64,000 bases of DNA from Pseudomonadota bacterium. Lineage in GTDB: Bacteria; Pseudomonadota; Alphaproteobacteria; UBA2136; JAPKEQ01. The stretch spans positions 78,077 through 142,076 of the forward strand of contig JAYZXF010000017.1 in assembly GCA_036141575.1 (NCBI GenBank), in the 5' to 3' direction. This document shows, one piece after another, positions 53,017 through 62,151 of the stretch (position 1 is the stretch's first letter; each line of letters begins with the position of its first letter). The notes under the pieces are model-generated. The model had not been told where the DNA came from, searched no databases, and saw nothing but the letters and a program-made list of their open reading frames with translations. The translations under genes were made by a program, and so were the position numbers.

Positions 53017-56000
53017 ATGCTGAAAATGTTGAGGGAAAGTAAGAGTCTAACGGCCCGTTATATCCGTGGTCTGCTTTCTGCTGTGCTGACATTTTCACCG
53101 GTACTTTCTTATGCTGGCCCAACTGGCGCGGCAGTTCAAAGTGGCAATATCATTATTTCTCAGCCAGATGCAGCAAGTACACTTATCCAGCAAGGTACCC
53201 ATAAAGGGATCATTAACTGGCAAGACTTTTCCATTGGTGCAGGTGAGAGTGTTCAGTTCCAAGTGCCTTCAGCTCAGGCAAAAACATTAAACCGTGTAAT
53301 CGGTCATAATGTTTCTGATATCCAAGGCGCACTCAGCAGTAATGGACAGCTTTATCTTGTAAACCCGAACGGGGTGATCTTTGGGGCTGGCTCTCGCGTA
53401 GATGCGGCAGGCCTCCTGGTTACAACTTCTAATGTTTCAGATGAAGATTTCCTAAATAACTTTTTGAATTTACAAGAGGCTTCTGAAGGTTCTGCCATTG
53501 TGAACAATGGTGATATCTCGATTAAAGATGGCGGCTTTGCCTTGCTTGTTGCCCCACAAGTGGTGAACAACGGAACCATTATTGCGCGCTTTGGTAAAGT
53601 GGGTATTGGTGCAGGTTCTAAAGGAACCATTGATCTTTATGGTGATGGGTTGATTCAGTTTGAACCATCAAGCGATGTTGCAAATCTTGTGAATAACGGC
53701 GTCATTCGCGGTGGTTATGTAGAGCTAACCGCAGCAGATGTAGACGCCCTCCTTAAAGGTGTTGTGCGTGTAAACGGTTTTGTAAGTGCAGACCATGTGG
53801 TGATTGAAGGGGGCGAAAACTCTATTGTACGCCTGAATGGTTCAGTCATAGCGCAGCGTGAAGCTGAGCAAATTGGTGGTCGCGTAGATGTACTGGGTGA
53901 CCTAGTTTCTCTACTTGAAAATACTGATATTGATGTTTCTGGTGAACTTGGCGGTGGTCAAGTCCATGTGGGTGGAGACTACCAAGGTAAAGGTACGCTT
54001 AAAACAGCTACAACTACATATATGACTGCAGGCGCAGAGATTGATGCCAGTGCTATCCGTATGGGTGATGGTGGTAAAGTGATTCTTTGGGCTGATGGCA
54101 CCACACACTTTGCAGGCGATATTGTCGCGACTGGTGGTTCTGATGGCGGTGATGGTGGTTTTGTTGAAACCAGTGGTAAGGGGCAACTTGCCTACCGTGG
54201 TGCAGTGGATGTAACTGCTGAAAATGGTGATATTGGTTCACTGCTTCTTGACCCTGAAAATATTACAATTTCATCTGATCCATTTACACCAACTGATCTG
54301 GCAGGTGGTGTGTATTGGTTTGACCCAAGCGCCGTTGGTGGTGTGAACACAACGGGTAGCAATGTGACTCAGATTAATGACCTGATTCCAGGCGTGGGTG
54401 GTTCTAATAACGCCACGCAAGGCTCTGCAGCTCTTCAAGCTGAACTTGTAGCAGCAGGCCTTAACGGTCGTGATGCGCTCGATTTTGATGGCGCAGATGG
54501 TTATGACATGGCCAACAATGCATCTATCAACACCTCAGGAAGTACCGACCGTATTATCCTCATTGCCTTTAGAACAGGCGCAGACGTAACAAGCCAGCAG
54601 TACCTGTATGAGCAGGGTGGTGGCTCTAACGGTTATGGTATGTATATTGAGGCAGGGCAACTTGTTGTCGCGGGTTGGCGTAACAGTAGCGGTAGCTGGA
54701 ACAACTACGCAACAACTGCAGTTACACCAAATACCACTTACGTGGCAGGTTTAAACCTAGATAACAACACCATGAGTGCATGGGTAAACGGCGATAAGTT
54801 CCAAACATATAACAACACCAATGGCCAAAATGCCCATAGTGGTGGTATTGACCTCGGTCGTAACGGAGATACCCGTGACGCTTCAGGGAGCCTTGGCGCT
54901 TGCTGTAACTTCCTTGGTCAGATAGGTGAAGTAATTCAGTACAACACAGCCGCAACAGATGCTGAAATGCAGGAAGTGTCTCAGTATCTTGCGCTTCAGT
55001 GGGGTGCAACGCTAGATTCACCAGGCACAGATTACACAATTTCACTTGAGAACCTAGAGGCACAGCTTGCTGGCGCAAACATTACCCTTCAGGCTGAAGA
55101 TAACATCACCATTGATGATATTGCTGATGATAGCCTAGACCTTGCCATGGACGGCACAGGCAGCTTTACACTGATTGCTGATAATGATGCAGACGGTGTG
55201 GGTACCATTAGTATGGACGCCTCAGACGCCATTGTGACCCAAGGTGGTGATATCACCATGACGGGTGCCGTGATTGATGTGAATAATATTACAAGTAACG
55301 GCGGTGACGTAACACTCAGCGCAACAGCAGCCCTTACAGCCGATGTAATTAATGCCGGTGCAGGTAACATTGCCCTGACAGCTGACAGCAATAACGATAG
55401 CGCAGCTGTGGCTCTTACAACGTCTGATCTGACTGCTGATGGCATTACGCTAACTGGTGGGTCGGATAATGATGATATTCTCAACCTCTCTGGCACCATT
55501 AGCAGTGGAGCGGGGGGCTTAAGTCTCAATAATTTTGCAAGTGGTGACCTCGATAACGCCACAATTGATACAAATGGCCAAGCCTTTAACAGTGCCATTA
55601 ACTTTACGCTAAGCGGCGCAGGGGTAAGTACGATTCAAACTGGCGGTGGTGATATTACGCATTCTGGAACCTTTGATGGTACGGAAGGACTTATTTTAAA
55701 CGCTGGCGCTGGTAATATTGACCTCAGTGGTGCAGCTGGTGGTGGTACAGCTCTAACCAGCCTCACAGCAACAGGTTCTACTATTCAGCTGGATGATGTG
55801 ACAACGGTTTGGCATCAAAACTATACGGGTGCAACCACAACCAATGGCGACCTTGCTGCCACGGGTGCAGGTAATGTGCGCTTTGTAAATAATGTTACGT
55901 TGGGTGCGGATACCAACATCACAACCAATACTGGAGATATTGACTTTGGCGGCACGGTTGATGGTGGGCAAGCGCTTGTGCTAAATTCGACATCTGGTGA

Positions 56001-57291
56001 TTTGATTACGACAGGTGACTTTGGTGGCGGTGCAGCACTGACATCTTTGAATGTGGGCACAGCCAATGCCGACCTACAAGAAGTGACAACAACGGGCGGC
56101 ATTACAGTTTCTGGTATTACAACATATAACGATGACCTTAACGCTGGCGGCGCATTAAATCTATCAGGTACAGGTACGCTTGCTGCTGATACAGTCTTCC
56201 AAAGTACGGGCGGCGGTATTGTAACGCTTGGCGGCACTCTTAATGGTGCCCAAAACCTAACGGTTACAACAGGTGGGCTTTTAAATCAGGGCGCAACAAT
56301 TGGGGGCGGTACACGCCTTACAAGCCTTACTTTAAATGGAGCAAACACACAGCTTACCGGTGATATCTACACAGCGAATGCTCTCAGCTTTGGCCTGAAT
56401 ACCAACCTTGGTGCACGTGTGGACTCTCTAGATACGGTCATATTTAACAACGCCCTAACGCTTGCGGGTGCAAGTACTGTTGTAGGAGCTAATGGTATTA
56501 CCTTTAACGATACCGTTAATGGGGCACAAGATCTAACTGTAGAAAGTTCAGCAGGTGACATTAGCTTTGCAGGTAATGTGGGGAATAGTTCTGCCCTGAA
56601 TACGCTGACAATTACAGATACAGGCAACCTTACATTTGGTGCCGATGTGACCCTTGCAGCGCTTGACCAGCAAGCTGGCCGTGCAACAACAAGCCTTGGC
56701 TCTAACTTTAACAGTACTGGTAACGTAGATATTCTTGGTGTGAATATTAATGGTGATATTCTCAGCGCTGGGGATGTGATGTTTAATGTAACAGGGAGCG
56801 TCACAGGTCAATTGTTTGCAAACAGCTTTGCACTCCAAGCAGAAAACAGTGACCAAACCGGTGAAGTGAATAGTATTGGCGGCTTGGATGCTCTAAAAGA
56901 GATTCAGTTTACGCAGTTTGGTGCAGGCCCACACTTGTTTAACGGCTTTATTCTACCGTATGAAACCATTATTCAAGCCACATCTACTGGATATGAAACA
57001 ACGCAAATTAACCGTGCGGGTCGCTCGCTATCTGGTGGCTTTGTAAGAACCATTTCAGATCTACCAGATCTTGAGATTCTTAAGAGTGCAGGGCGTGCAC
57101 GTGTAAGCCGCATTGCGCCAACAGATGCCAGCTTTGCTAAACTTGCTCTAGGTTCAGATAATAGCCTCGTTGTGAACCCTTTCCTTATGGACTTTAGAAG
57201 TGTGGATATTGAACCTGGCACAGAGCTCTTCTATAACCCATACCCATACCTAGAAAAGAGCGTGTGGAACTGGCTCTCTTACAGAGACTAA
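53017..57291 (+). CDS. filamentous-haemagglutinin-like TpsA exoprotein with internal LamG-like domain
   Basis: TPS domain 'INWQDFSIG...LNRV...LSSNGQLYLVNPNGVIFG', beta-helix repeats, and a ConA/LamG-like insert around aa 480-650 ('LYEQGGGSNGYGMYIEAGQLVV'). Confidence 0.88.
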   Translation: MLKMLRESKSLTARYIRGLLSAVLTFSPVLSYAGPTGAAVQSGNIIISQPDAASTLIQQGTHKGIINWQDFSIGAGESVQFQVPSAQAKTLNRVIGHNVSDIQGALSSNGQLYLVNPNGVIFGAGSRVDAAGLLVTTSNVSDEDFLNNFLNLQEASEGSAIVNNGDISIKDGGFALLVAPQVVNNGTIIARFGKVGIGAGSKGTIDLYGDGLIQFEPSSDVANLVNNGVIRGGYVELTAADVDALLKGVVRVNGFVSADHVVIEGGENSIVRLNGSVIAQREAEQIGGRVDVLGDLVSLLENTDIDVSGELGGGQVHVGGDYQGKGTLKTATTTYMTAGAEIDASAIRMGDGGKVILWADGTTHFAGDIVATGGSDGGDGGFVETSGKGQLAYRGAVDVTAENGDIGSLLLDPENITISSDPFTPTDLAGGVYWFDPSAVGGVNTTGSNVTQINDLIPGVGGSNNATQGSAALQAELVAAGLNGRDALDFDGADGYDMANNASINTSGSTDRIILIAFRTGADVTSQQYLYEQGGGSNGYGMYIEAGQLVVAGWRNSSGSWNNYATTAVTPNTTYVAGLNLDNNTMSAWVNGDKFQTYNNTNGQNAHSGGIDLGRNGDTRDASGSLGACCNFLGQIGEVIQYNTAATDAEMQEVSQYLALQWGATLDSPGTDYTISLENLEAQLAGANITLQAEDNITIDDIADDSLDLAMDGTGSFTLIADNDADGVGTISMDASDAIVTQGGDITMTGAVIDVNNITSNGGDVTLSATAALTADVINAGAGNIALTADSNNDSAAVALTTSDLTADGITLTGGSDNDDILNLSGTISSGAGGLSLNNFASGDLDNATIDTNGQAFNSAINFTLSGAGVSTIQTGGGDITHSGTFDGTEGLILNAGAGNIDLSGAAGGGTALTSLTATGSTIQLDDVTTVWHQNYTGATTTNGDLAATGAGNVRFVNNVTLGADTNITTNTGDIDFGGTVDGGQALVLNSTSGDLITTGDFGGGAALTSLNVGTANADLQEVTTTGGITVSGITTYNDDLNAGGALNLSGTGTLAADTVFQSTGGGIVTLGGTLNGAQNLTVTTGGLLNQGATIGGGTRLTSLTLNGANTQLTGDIYTANALSFGLNTNLGARVDSLDTVIFNNALTLAGASTVVGANGITFNDTVNGAQDLTVESSAGDISFAGNVGNSSALNTLTITDTGNLTFGADVTLAALDQQAGRATTSLGSNFNSTGNVDILGVNINGDILSAGDVMFNVTGSVTGQLFANSFALQAENSDQTGEVNSIGGLDALKEIQFTQFGAGPHLFNGFILPYETIIQATSTGYETTQINRAGRSLSGGFVRTISDLPDLEILKSAGRARVSRIAPTDASFAKLALGSDNSLVVNPFLMDFRSVDIEPGTELFYNPYPYLEKSVWNWLSYRD

Positions 57292-57305
57292 GTACAGAAC
57301 ATGCG

Positions 57306-57329
57306 AAAGCCACCCCGAAGGGTGGCTTT
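57306..57329. terminator. bidirectional terminator after tpsA
   Basis: AAAGCCACCC-cgaa-GGGTGGCTTT. Confidence 0.8.
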
Positions 57330-57342
57330 CTTTTTATATCGC

Positions 57343-58062
57343 TTACGCCGCCTGAGCGTGCATGCTGTCGAAGTGTTCTTTGCGCAGATATTCCAGCAGC
57401 GGCCCGAAGACGTGGTCTCCATAGGTCGTGCGGTTCTCTGAGTTGGAACGGACGGCATCGTGCACCAGATGGCAAGCTTCCAGGCGTGCTTGGACGTGAG
57501 GCTTGCGATCTTTGGCGTTGTAGATGCACTCATCATCAGAGCTCAACTGTTGTGTGTAACGGCTGTAAGCCGTCATCACGAAGTTGAAGCGCTGACGCAT
57601 CATGTACGACATCATGGGGTTGGCCAGATGCACCATGGCATCAGCAACCCAGTCGGCGAACATGAAGGGAATGGTGTGGTCGTTGCGGCTGATCAGGTTC
57701 TCGTACTTGTCGAGGTGTGCGGCCATGGCGGCATCAACGCGTTTCTGTTCAGCAAGCAAGCGCGCCCGACGGGTGTCTTCATTCTCTTGCATGTCATCTG
57801 CAATTTGTGCGCAGATAGCATTGGAGAGGGGAGACGGGGTTGGCACCACAGTGGGCATCGACAGCCGGCGCAGTGCGGCCATGATTTGGCGTTTGGTATT
57901 ATCCGGAACGCTCATGGCGTTATAGAACACTTCAACACCGTAGTAGGTGAAGGTTGCGGTGTTCTCCGGCAACTGCGTAACAGCCTGTTTGGCTTCCTCC
58001 AGAAGTTCATCCAGAGCGCGCTGAGTTTGGCCGTAGCCAGACCAAAGTTTCATGAGAGCCAT
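57343..58062 (-). CDS. hypothetical protein (239 aa), GC-rich
   Basis: Long ORF with a GGAGG-type RBS ('caggaggccgct' before the ATG). A 60-nt line hand-counted at 57% GC. Confidence 0.55.
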   Translation of the reverse strand: MALMKLWSGYGQTQRALDELLEEAKQAVTQLPENTATFTYYGVEVFYNAMSVPDNTKRQIMAALRRLSMPTVVPTPSPLSNAICAQIADDMQENEDTRRARLLAEQKRVDAAMAAHLDKYENLISRNDHTIPFMFADWVADAMVHLANPMMSYMMRQRFNFVMTAYSRYTQQLSSDDECIYNAKDRKPHVQARLEACHLVHDAVRSNSENRTTYGDHVFGPLLEYLRKEHFDSMHAQAA

Positions 58063-58159
58063 AGCGGCCTCCTGTGTCTAAAGTGAAGTTAAAGATAGTT
58101 CTAGTGAATAAATTATGGTGATGGTGAGGTGTTTATTCAAGATGTGTTGTTTTTTTACT

Positions 58160-58545
58160 CTTCACTTTCATTCCACCATTTTTCAAATTTAAAATTTGTA
58201 AAATGGTGGACCCCGTGAAGTAAGTCTTGGTGCGCAAGTTTTTAAGTATTTTAGGTCTGCTTACATCCCTAAAATAGCTCTTGTGCACCGCCGTAGCGTC
58301 TGAACGCTACGGCTCGCTTTTTCAGCTCGCGAAGTACTAGGAGATAACAGAGATATTGGCCTGATAGAGTGTGAGGCGAATAGCCGAGCCAAAACCTTAA
58401 GAGGTTTTGAGCGGTTTGAAGCAGTTAAAAATAAGACAGAGGATTATTTTTACTATAAATGCTTTAAACCAAGACTGTACTTTGCGGGCTATCGTCTTTT
58501 TGAAGTAGTGAAACGAATGAAAAAAGCGAGAGCGTAAAGCAAAGA
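58160..58545. repeat. structured intergenic repeat family, copy B (longest)
   Basis: AT-rich hairpin 58173-58209 inside the outer stem CTTCAC/GTGAAG (58160-58220). Hairpin GCCGTAGCG-tctgaa-CGCTACGGC. Hairpin 58389-58409. Internal 9-bp inverted repeat 58223-58231 / 58468-58476. Homologous to copies A, C and D. Confidence 0.8.
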
Positions 58546-58601
58546 GAGAAAAAGAGAGTCTAGGAAGCGCCAAGGTGCAGGCTTGATCTCCAACATATAA
58601 A

Positions 58602-58626
58602 AAAGCCACGCAATTGGCGTGGCTTT
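58602..58626 (-). terminator. terminator after the DEAD-box helicase
   Basis: AAAGCCACGC-aattg-GCGTGGCTTT. Confidence 0.8.
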
Positions 58627-58645
58627 TTCTGGGGTTTAGGAACCG

Positions 58646-60676
58646 TTAGTTAAACACAGCAGTTGGGCCTTTGGCACCTGTGCCGCCTTTAAAACGTGCT
58701 TTTTTGAAAGCTGCGTTTGAGCCAGCGCCTTTGCTACCTTTAAAGCTACCGCCTTTGCCCTTAAATGGCTTGTTGCCAGCAGATGAACGATCATCGCCAT
58801 CACGCTTATTGAAGCCACCGCTCATGCGCTTACCAGCTGGTGTACCGCGTCCGCGTGTACCGTAAGTGCGTGCGCCATCATCCTTTTTGAATGGGCTCTT
58901 TTTACGTGTTGAGTCTGTTTGCGTCATGCGCTTCTTCTGCTTGTCGTGCATTTTAGCTGGTGCGCGAGACTCACTGCGATCTTCTCCGAAAGAACGGTTA
59001 CCATCGCGGTCGCCGAAGCTGCGCTTCTTGTCGCCGTAAGAGCGGTTACCATCGCGGTCGCCAAAGCTGCGCTTCTTATCGCCGAAAGAGCGGTTACCAT
59101 CGCGGTCGCCAAAGCTGCGCTTCTTGTCGCCGAATGAACGGTTGCCATCACGGTCACCAAAGCTGCGCTTCTTGTCGCCGAATGAACGGTTGCCATCGCG
59201 TTCGCCAAAGCTACGCTTCTTGTCACCGTATGAACGGTTGCCATCACGGTCACCAAAGCTGCGCTTCTTGTCACCGTAAGAGCGGTTGCCATCGCGGTCA
59301 CCAAAGCTACGCTTCTTATCACCGAAGTCGCGCTTGTTACCAAACTCACGCTTGTCGCCAAAGTCGCGCTTTTCAAATGAACGCTCACCATCTTTACGGA
59401 AGCTCTTACGCTCGCCGTCTTTTTTGAATGAACGTCTGTCATCTCTATCGCCGAAGCTACGCTTCTTATCGCCGTATGAATCACGGTTACCATCTTTAGC
59501 GCCGTAGCCGCCTTTGCGGTGTGATTTTGCCTTACGATCTTGGAATGTACGCTCTTTGCGAGGCTTAGATGTTGGTGCGTTAGATGTTTCACCACCCCAT
59601 ACAAGGCGTTCAATTGCTTTCCACTTGCCGTTTTCTTTCTTGGTAATGTACGCCAGAGCGTGACCCGTAGCACCGGCACGTGCTGTACGGCCAATACGGT
59701 GGATGTAATCTTCTGGGCATTGTGGAAGGTCATAGTTAATCACGTGCTGAATGTGAGGAATATCAAGACCACGTGCCGCAACGTCTGTTGCCACAAGGAT
59801 TTGGTATTTCTCTTTTCTGAATGCATCTGTTACGCGCTCACGTTTGTTGTGACGAAGGTCACCGTGGATTGCAGCTGCTTTAAAGCCTTCTTTCTTCAGC
59901 TTATCAGCCATGCGCTCAGTGCCGTACTTTGTCTTTACGAACATGATGATTGAGCCTTCACGGCCTGAGAGTTCACCAAGCAGGTCGTCGTACTTCTCAG
60001 CATCAGTCACGCGTTTTGTTTGGTGATCAATGTTTTCAGCAGGCTTTGTTGTTGCGCCAATGGCAATACGCTCAGGGTTGTTGAGGTAGTTCTTCGCAAG
60101 AGACATGATGTTCTTTGGAAGTGTTGCACTAAATAGAAGCGTTTGGCGCTCGGCTGGCATGTGGCTCACAATTTCTTCAATCTGAATGCTGAAGCCCATG
60201 TCGAGCATGCGGTCTGTTTCATCAAGAACCAGGAAGTGGCAGTTGTTAAGCTTGAGGCTGCGACGGTTCAGGTGGTCGTTAATACGGCCTGGTGTACCAA
60301 CAATAATACGTGGACGGAATGAAAGGCTTTTCAGCTGTTTGTGCATAGAGTCACCACCAATAAGTAGGCATGTGTTAATGCCAGAGCGGTGAGGGAGGAA
60401 GCCTTTAATGTTGTCTTGTACCTGCGCGGCAAGTTCACGTGTTGGTGTCACAACAATAGCTGTGTCTTCTTCGTTTTCAAGGAGGTGGTTCACCATCGGA
60501 ATACCGAAAGCACCTGTTTTACCCGTACCTGTTTGGGCAGAACCAAGGATATCGCGACCTTGCATCGCGAAAGGAATTGTTTTTTCTTGAATTGGAGTTG
60601 GAGATTCAAAACCCAGTTTTGTTAGGGCATGAGTCAAATCTTCAGAAAGCCCAAGTTGGGCGAATGTTTGCGTCAT
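58646..60676 (-). CDS. DEAD-box RNA helicase (RhlE-like) with repetitive basic C-terminal tail
   Basis: Q-motif 'GFESPTPIQ', motif I 'AQTGTGKT', motif II 'DETD', 'SAT', and 'HRIGRTARAG'. The tail has 7 x 'GDKKRSFGDRDGNRS[YF]'. Confidence 0.92.
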   Translation of the reverse strand: MTQTFAQLGLSEDLTHALTKLGFESPTPIQEKTIPFAMQGRDILGSAQTGTGKTGAFGIPMVNHLLENEEDTAIVVTPTRELAAQVQDNIKGFLPHRSGINTCLLIGGDSMHKQLKSLSFRPRIIVGTPGRINDHLNRRSLKLNNCHFLVLDETDRMLDMGFSIQIEEIVSHMPAERQTLLFSATLPKNIMSLAKNYLNNPERIAIGATTKPAENIDHQTKRVTDAEKYDDLLGELSGREGSIIMFVKTKYGTERMADKLKKEGFKAAAIHGDLRHNKRERVTDAFRKEKYQILVATDVAARGLDIPHIQHVINYDLPQCPEDYIHRIGRTARAGATGHALAYITKKENGKWKAIERLVWGGETSNAPTSKPRKERTFQDRKAKSHRKGGYGAKDGNRDSYGDKKRSFGDRDDRRSFKKDGERKSFRKDGERSFEKRDFGDKREFGNKRDFGDKKRSFGDRDGNRSYGDKKRSFGDRDGNRSYGDKKRSFGERDGNRSFGDKKRSFGDRDGNRSFGDKKRSFGDRDGNRSFGDKKRSFGDRDGNRSYGDKKRSFGDRDGNRSFGEDRSESRAPAKMHDKQKKRMTQTDSTRKKSPFKKDDGARTYGTRGRGTPAGKRMSGGFNKRDGDDRSSAGNKPFKGKGGSFKGSKGAGSNAAFKKARFKGGTGAKGPTAVFN
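58988..59323 (-). repeat. 7 x 48-bp in-frame tandem repeat inside the helicase gene
   Basis: Units 58988-59035, 59036-59083, and so on to 59276-59323, each encoding GDKKRSFG[DE]RDGNRS[YF]. Degenerate relatives extend to about 59500. Confidence 0.9.
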
Positions 60677-60869
60677 ATCAATTTTCTTTCATGTGCGGCA
60701 GGATGTCTCCCTGCGGCATGTCTCAGTTTTGGGGTATGCGACCGAGAGCGAAAACGATTTTTATTAAGACGCAAGCGGTGGCATCAGTGGCATCTATTGC
60801 CGACTGGAATTATTTTTTGTTGAAGAAGGCGGGGGCACTTGCTCCCGCCTTTTCACAAAGGGAAACGAA

Positions 60870-61076
60870 TTAGTTTACCTGTAGGTTTGTCGCAGAAGTT
60901 TTGCCGCGACTCTCTTCAAGTTCAAATGATACTTTTTGACCATCTTCTAGAGTTTTCAGGCCAGCTTTTTCTAGAGCTGTAATGTGCACAAACACATCGT
61001 TGCCGCCGTCTTCAGGTTGAATGAAGCCGTAGCCTTTAGTTGTGTTAAACCATTTTACTGTGCCAGTTGTAGACAT
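60870..61076 (-). CDS. cspA: cold-shock protein (CspA family)
   Basis: '[31 protein letters not shown]'. Confidence 0.95.
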   Translation of the reverse strand: MSTTGTVKWFNTTKGYGFIQPEDGGNDVFVHITALEKAGLKTLEDGQKVSFELEESRGKTSATNLQVN

Positions 61077-61261
61077 TATCTTAGTACTTTCTTTGCAGGA
61101 GAGGTATTTTCCTGCGGATCTTTAATTGATGAGTCTATTCTTGATCTTTTGGATTACCTTTACCCTGAGATCATTTTCCTAAAATAGGAGCCTGAAAAAA
61201 CTCTACTGACTCTGTGTATAGGCTATGTTGAATACAATTACAAGGGAGGAATGAAAATTAA

Positions 61262-61657
61262 TTATTCGCCCATGACAGAACTAATGAGTTCTACAACGCC
61301 AACAACGCCAAGCATATGGCCGTGTTCCGTTACAACAGGTAGGTGACGAATTTTATTTTTAGACATCAGAAGAAGAGCTTCTTGTGCGTCCGTTAAAGGC
61401 GGGGCAACAATCAAACTCTCTGTCATAATTTCATGAATGGAGATTTCGGCAGCTTCTTTACCAAACTTACCTACGGCTTTTACAATGTCGCTTTCGCTGA
61501 CCATGCCAACTAGGTCGCCGTTGTTTTCAGTTACAAGAATAGCCTTACGCTTCGTGTCCAGAAGTTTGTCGATAATATCGCTGAGCTTCTTATGCTCATT
61601 AATGGTCATCAGGCCCAGATTTTGTTTTTGGAGGACCTGGTCGAGAGTTGTACTCAT
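61262..61657 (-). CDS. CBS domain pair protein
   Basis: Two CBS repeats ('...AILVTENNGDLVGMVSESDIV...', '...IRHLPVVTEHGHMLGVVGVVEL'). Confidence 0.8.
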   Translation of the reverse strand: MSTTLDQVLQKQNLGLMTINEHKKLSDIIDKLLDTKRKAILVTENNGDLVGMVSESDIVKAVGKFGKEAAEISIHEIMTESLIVAPPLTDAQEALLLMSKNKIRHLPVVTEHGHMLGVVGVVELISSVMGE

Positions 61658-61665
61658 TGACGCGT

Positions 61666-61971
61666 TTACCTTTCTGCGCTTTTTACTTCGAGGGCATCAG
61701 CCATTCTTGTTATATCAGAAAATGAAATTTGTTTAACGCTGTCGTCGGCACGCTTTTCAATGTAGCCAATACCACGGCGGAAAATATCTTCTTTAAATTC
61801 TTTTAAAAGGGCGTCGCTTTTGCATTCAAACTGCATAATCCACCCGAATGGATTTTTATTACATTCTTCAAACCATGTACGAACAGGTGCATCAAAGCCA
61901 TGTTTGAACTCAACTTGAATAGTTTCAGTTCTTTCAACACGTTTGAGACGATTCCTGAAAACAGCTTCCAT
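61666..61971 (-). CDS. hypothetical protein (101 aa)
   Basis: ORF ending 8 nt upstream of the CBS gene start. Probably co-transcribed. Confidence 0.5.
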   Translation of the reverse strand: MEAVFRNRLKRVERTETIQVEFKHGFDAPVRTWFEECNKNPFGWIMQFECKSDALLKEFKEDIFRRGIGYIEKRADDSVKQISFSDITRMADALEVKSAER

Positions 61972-62151
61972 GCTTCGTTTTCGACCTTATTTAATTGAAT
62001 ACTCTGAAAGTGTAGCATCCCCTGACGGCATGACAATCTTTCCATATATATTTATGGGGGTAGAGAGTAATGAAAAACTCACGGTGTGTGTTATGTATGC
62101 AAAAAGCCCCTCGTTAGAGGAGCTTAATGCATTTTCGATTCCTGACAGGCT

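Noticed and set aside
53352-57221. Many 60-170-aa antisense or alternate-frame ORFs inside tpsA (e.g. 55089-55598, 55821-56237, 56367-56804)
   Set aside because: They are shadows of a long, repetitive Gly/Thr/Ala/Asn-rich beta-helix gene, with low-complexity products and no starts with an RBS.
57194-58086. ORFs 57194-57529(-), 57264-57587(+), 57460-58086(+) and 57602-57925(+)
   Set aside because: GC-rich DNA keeps several frames open. Only 57343-58062(-) spans the region with an RBS and sits correctly between terminator 57306-57329 and the upstream spacer.
58988-59323. CRISPR-like array
   Set aside because: The 48-bp units are directly adjacent with no spacers. They are in frame inside the helicase CDS, and no cas genes are present. 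This is a coding tandem repeat. ORFs 58924-59733(-), 58960-59427(+) and 58919-59137(+) are alternate-frame artefacts of it.
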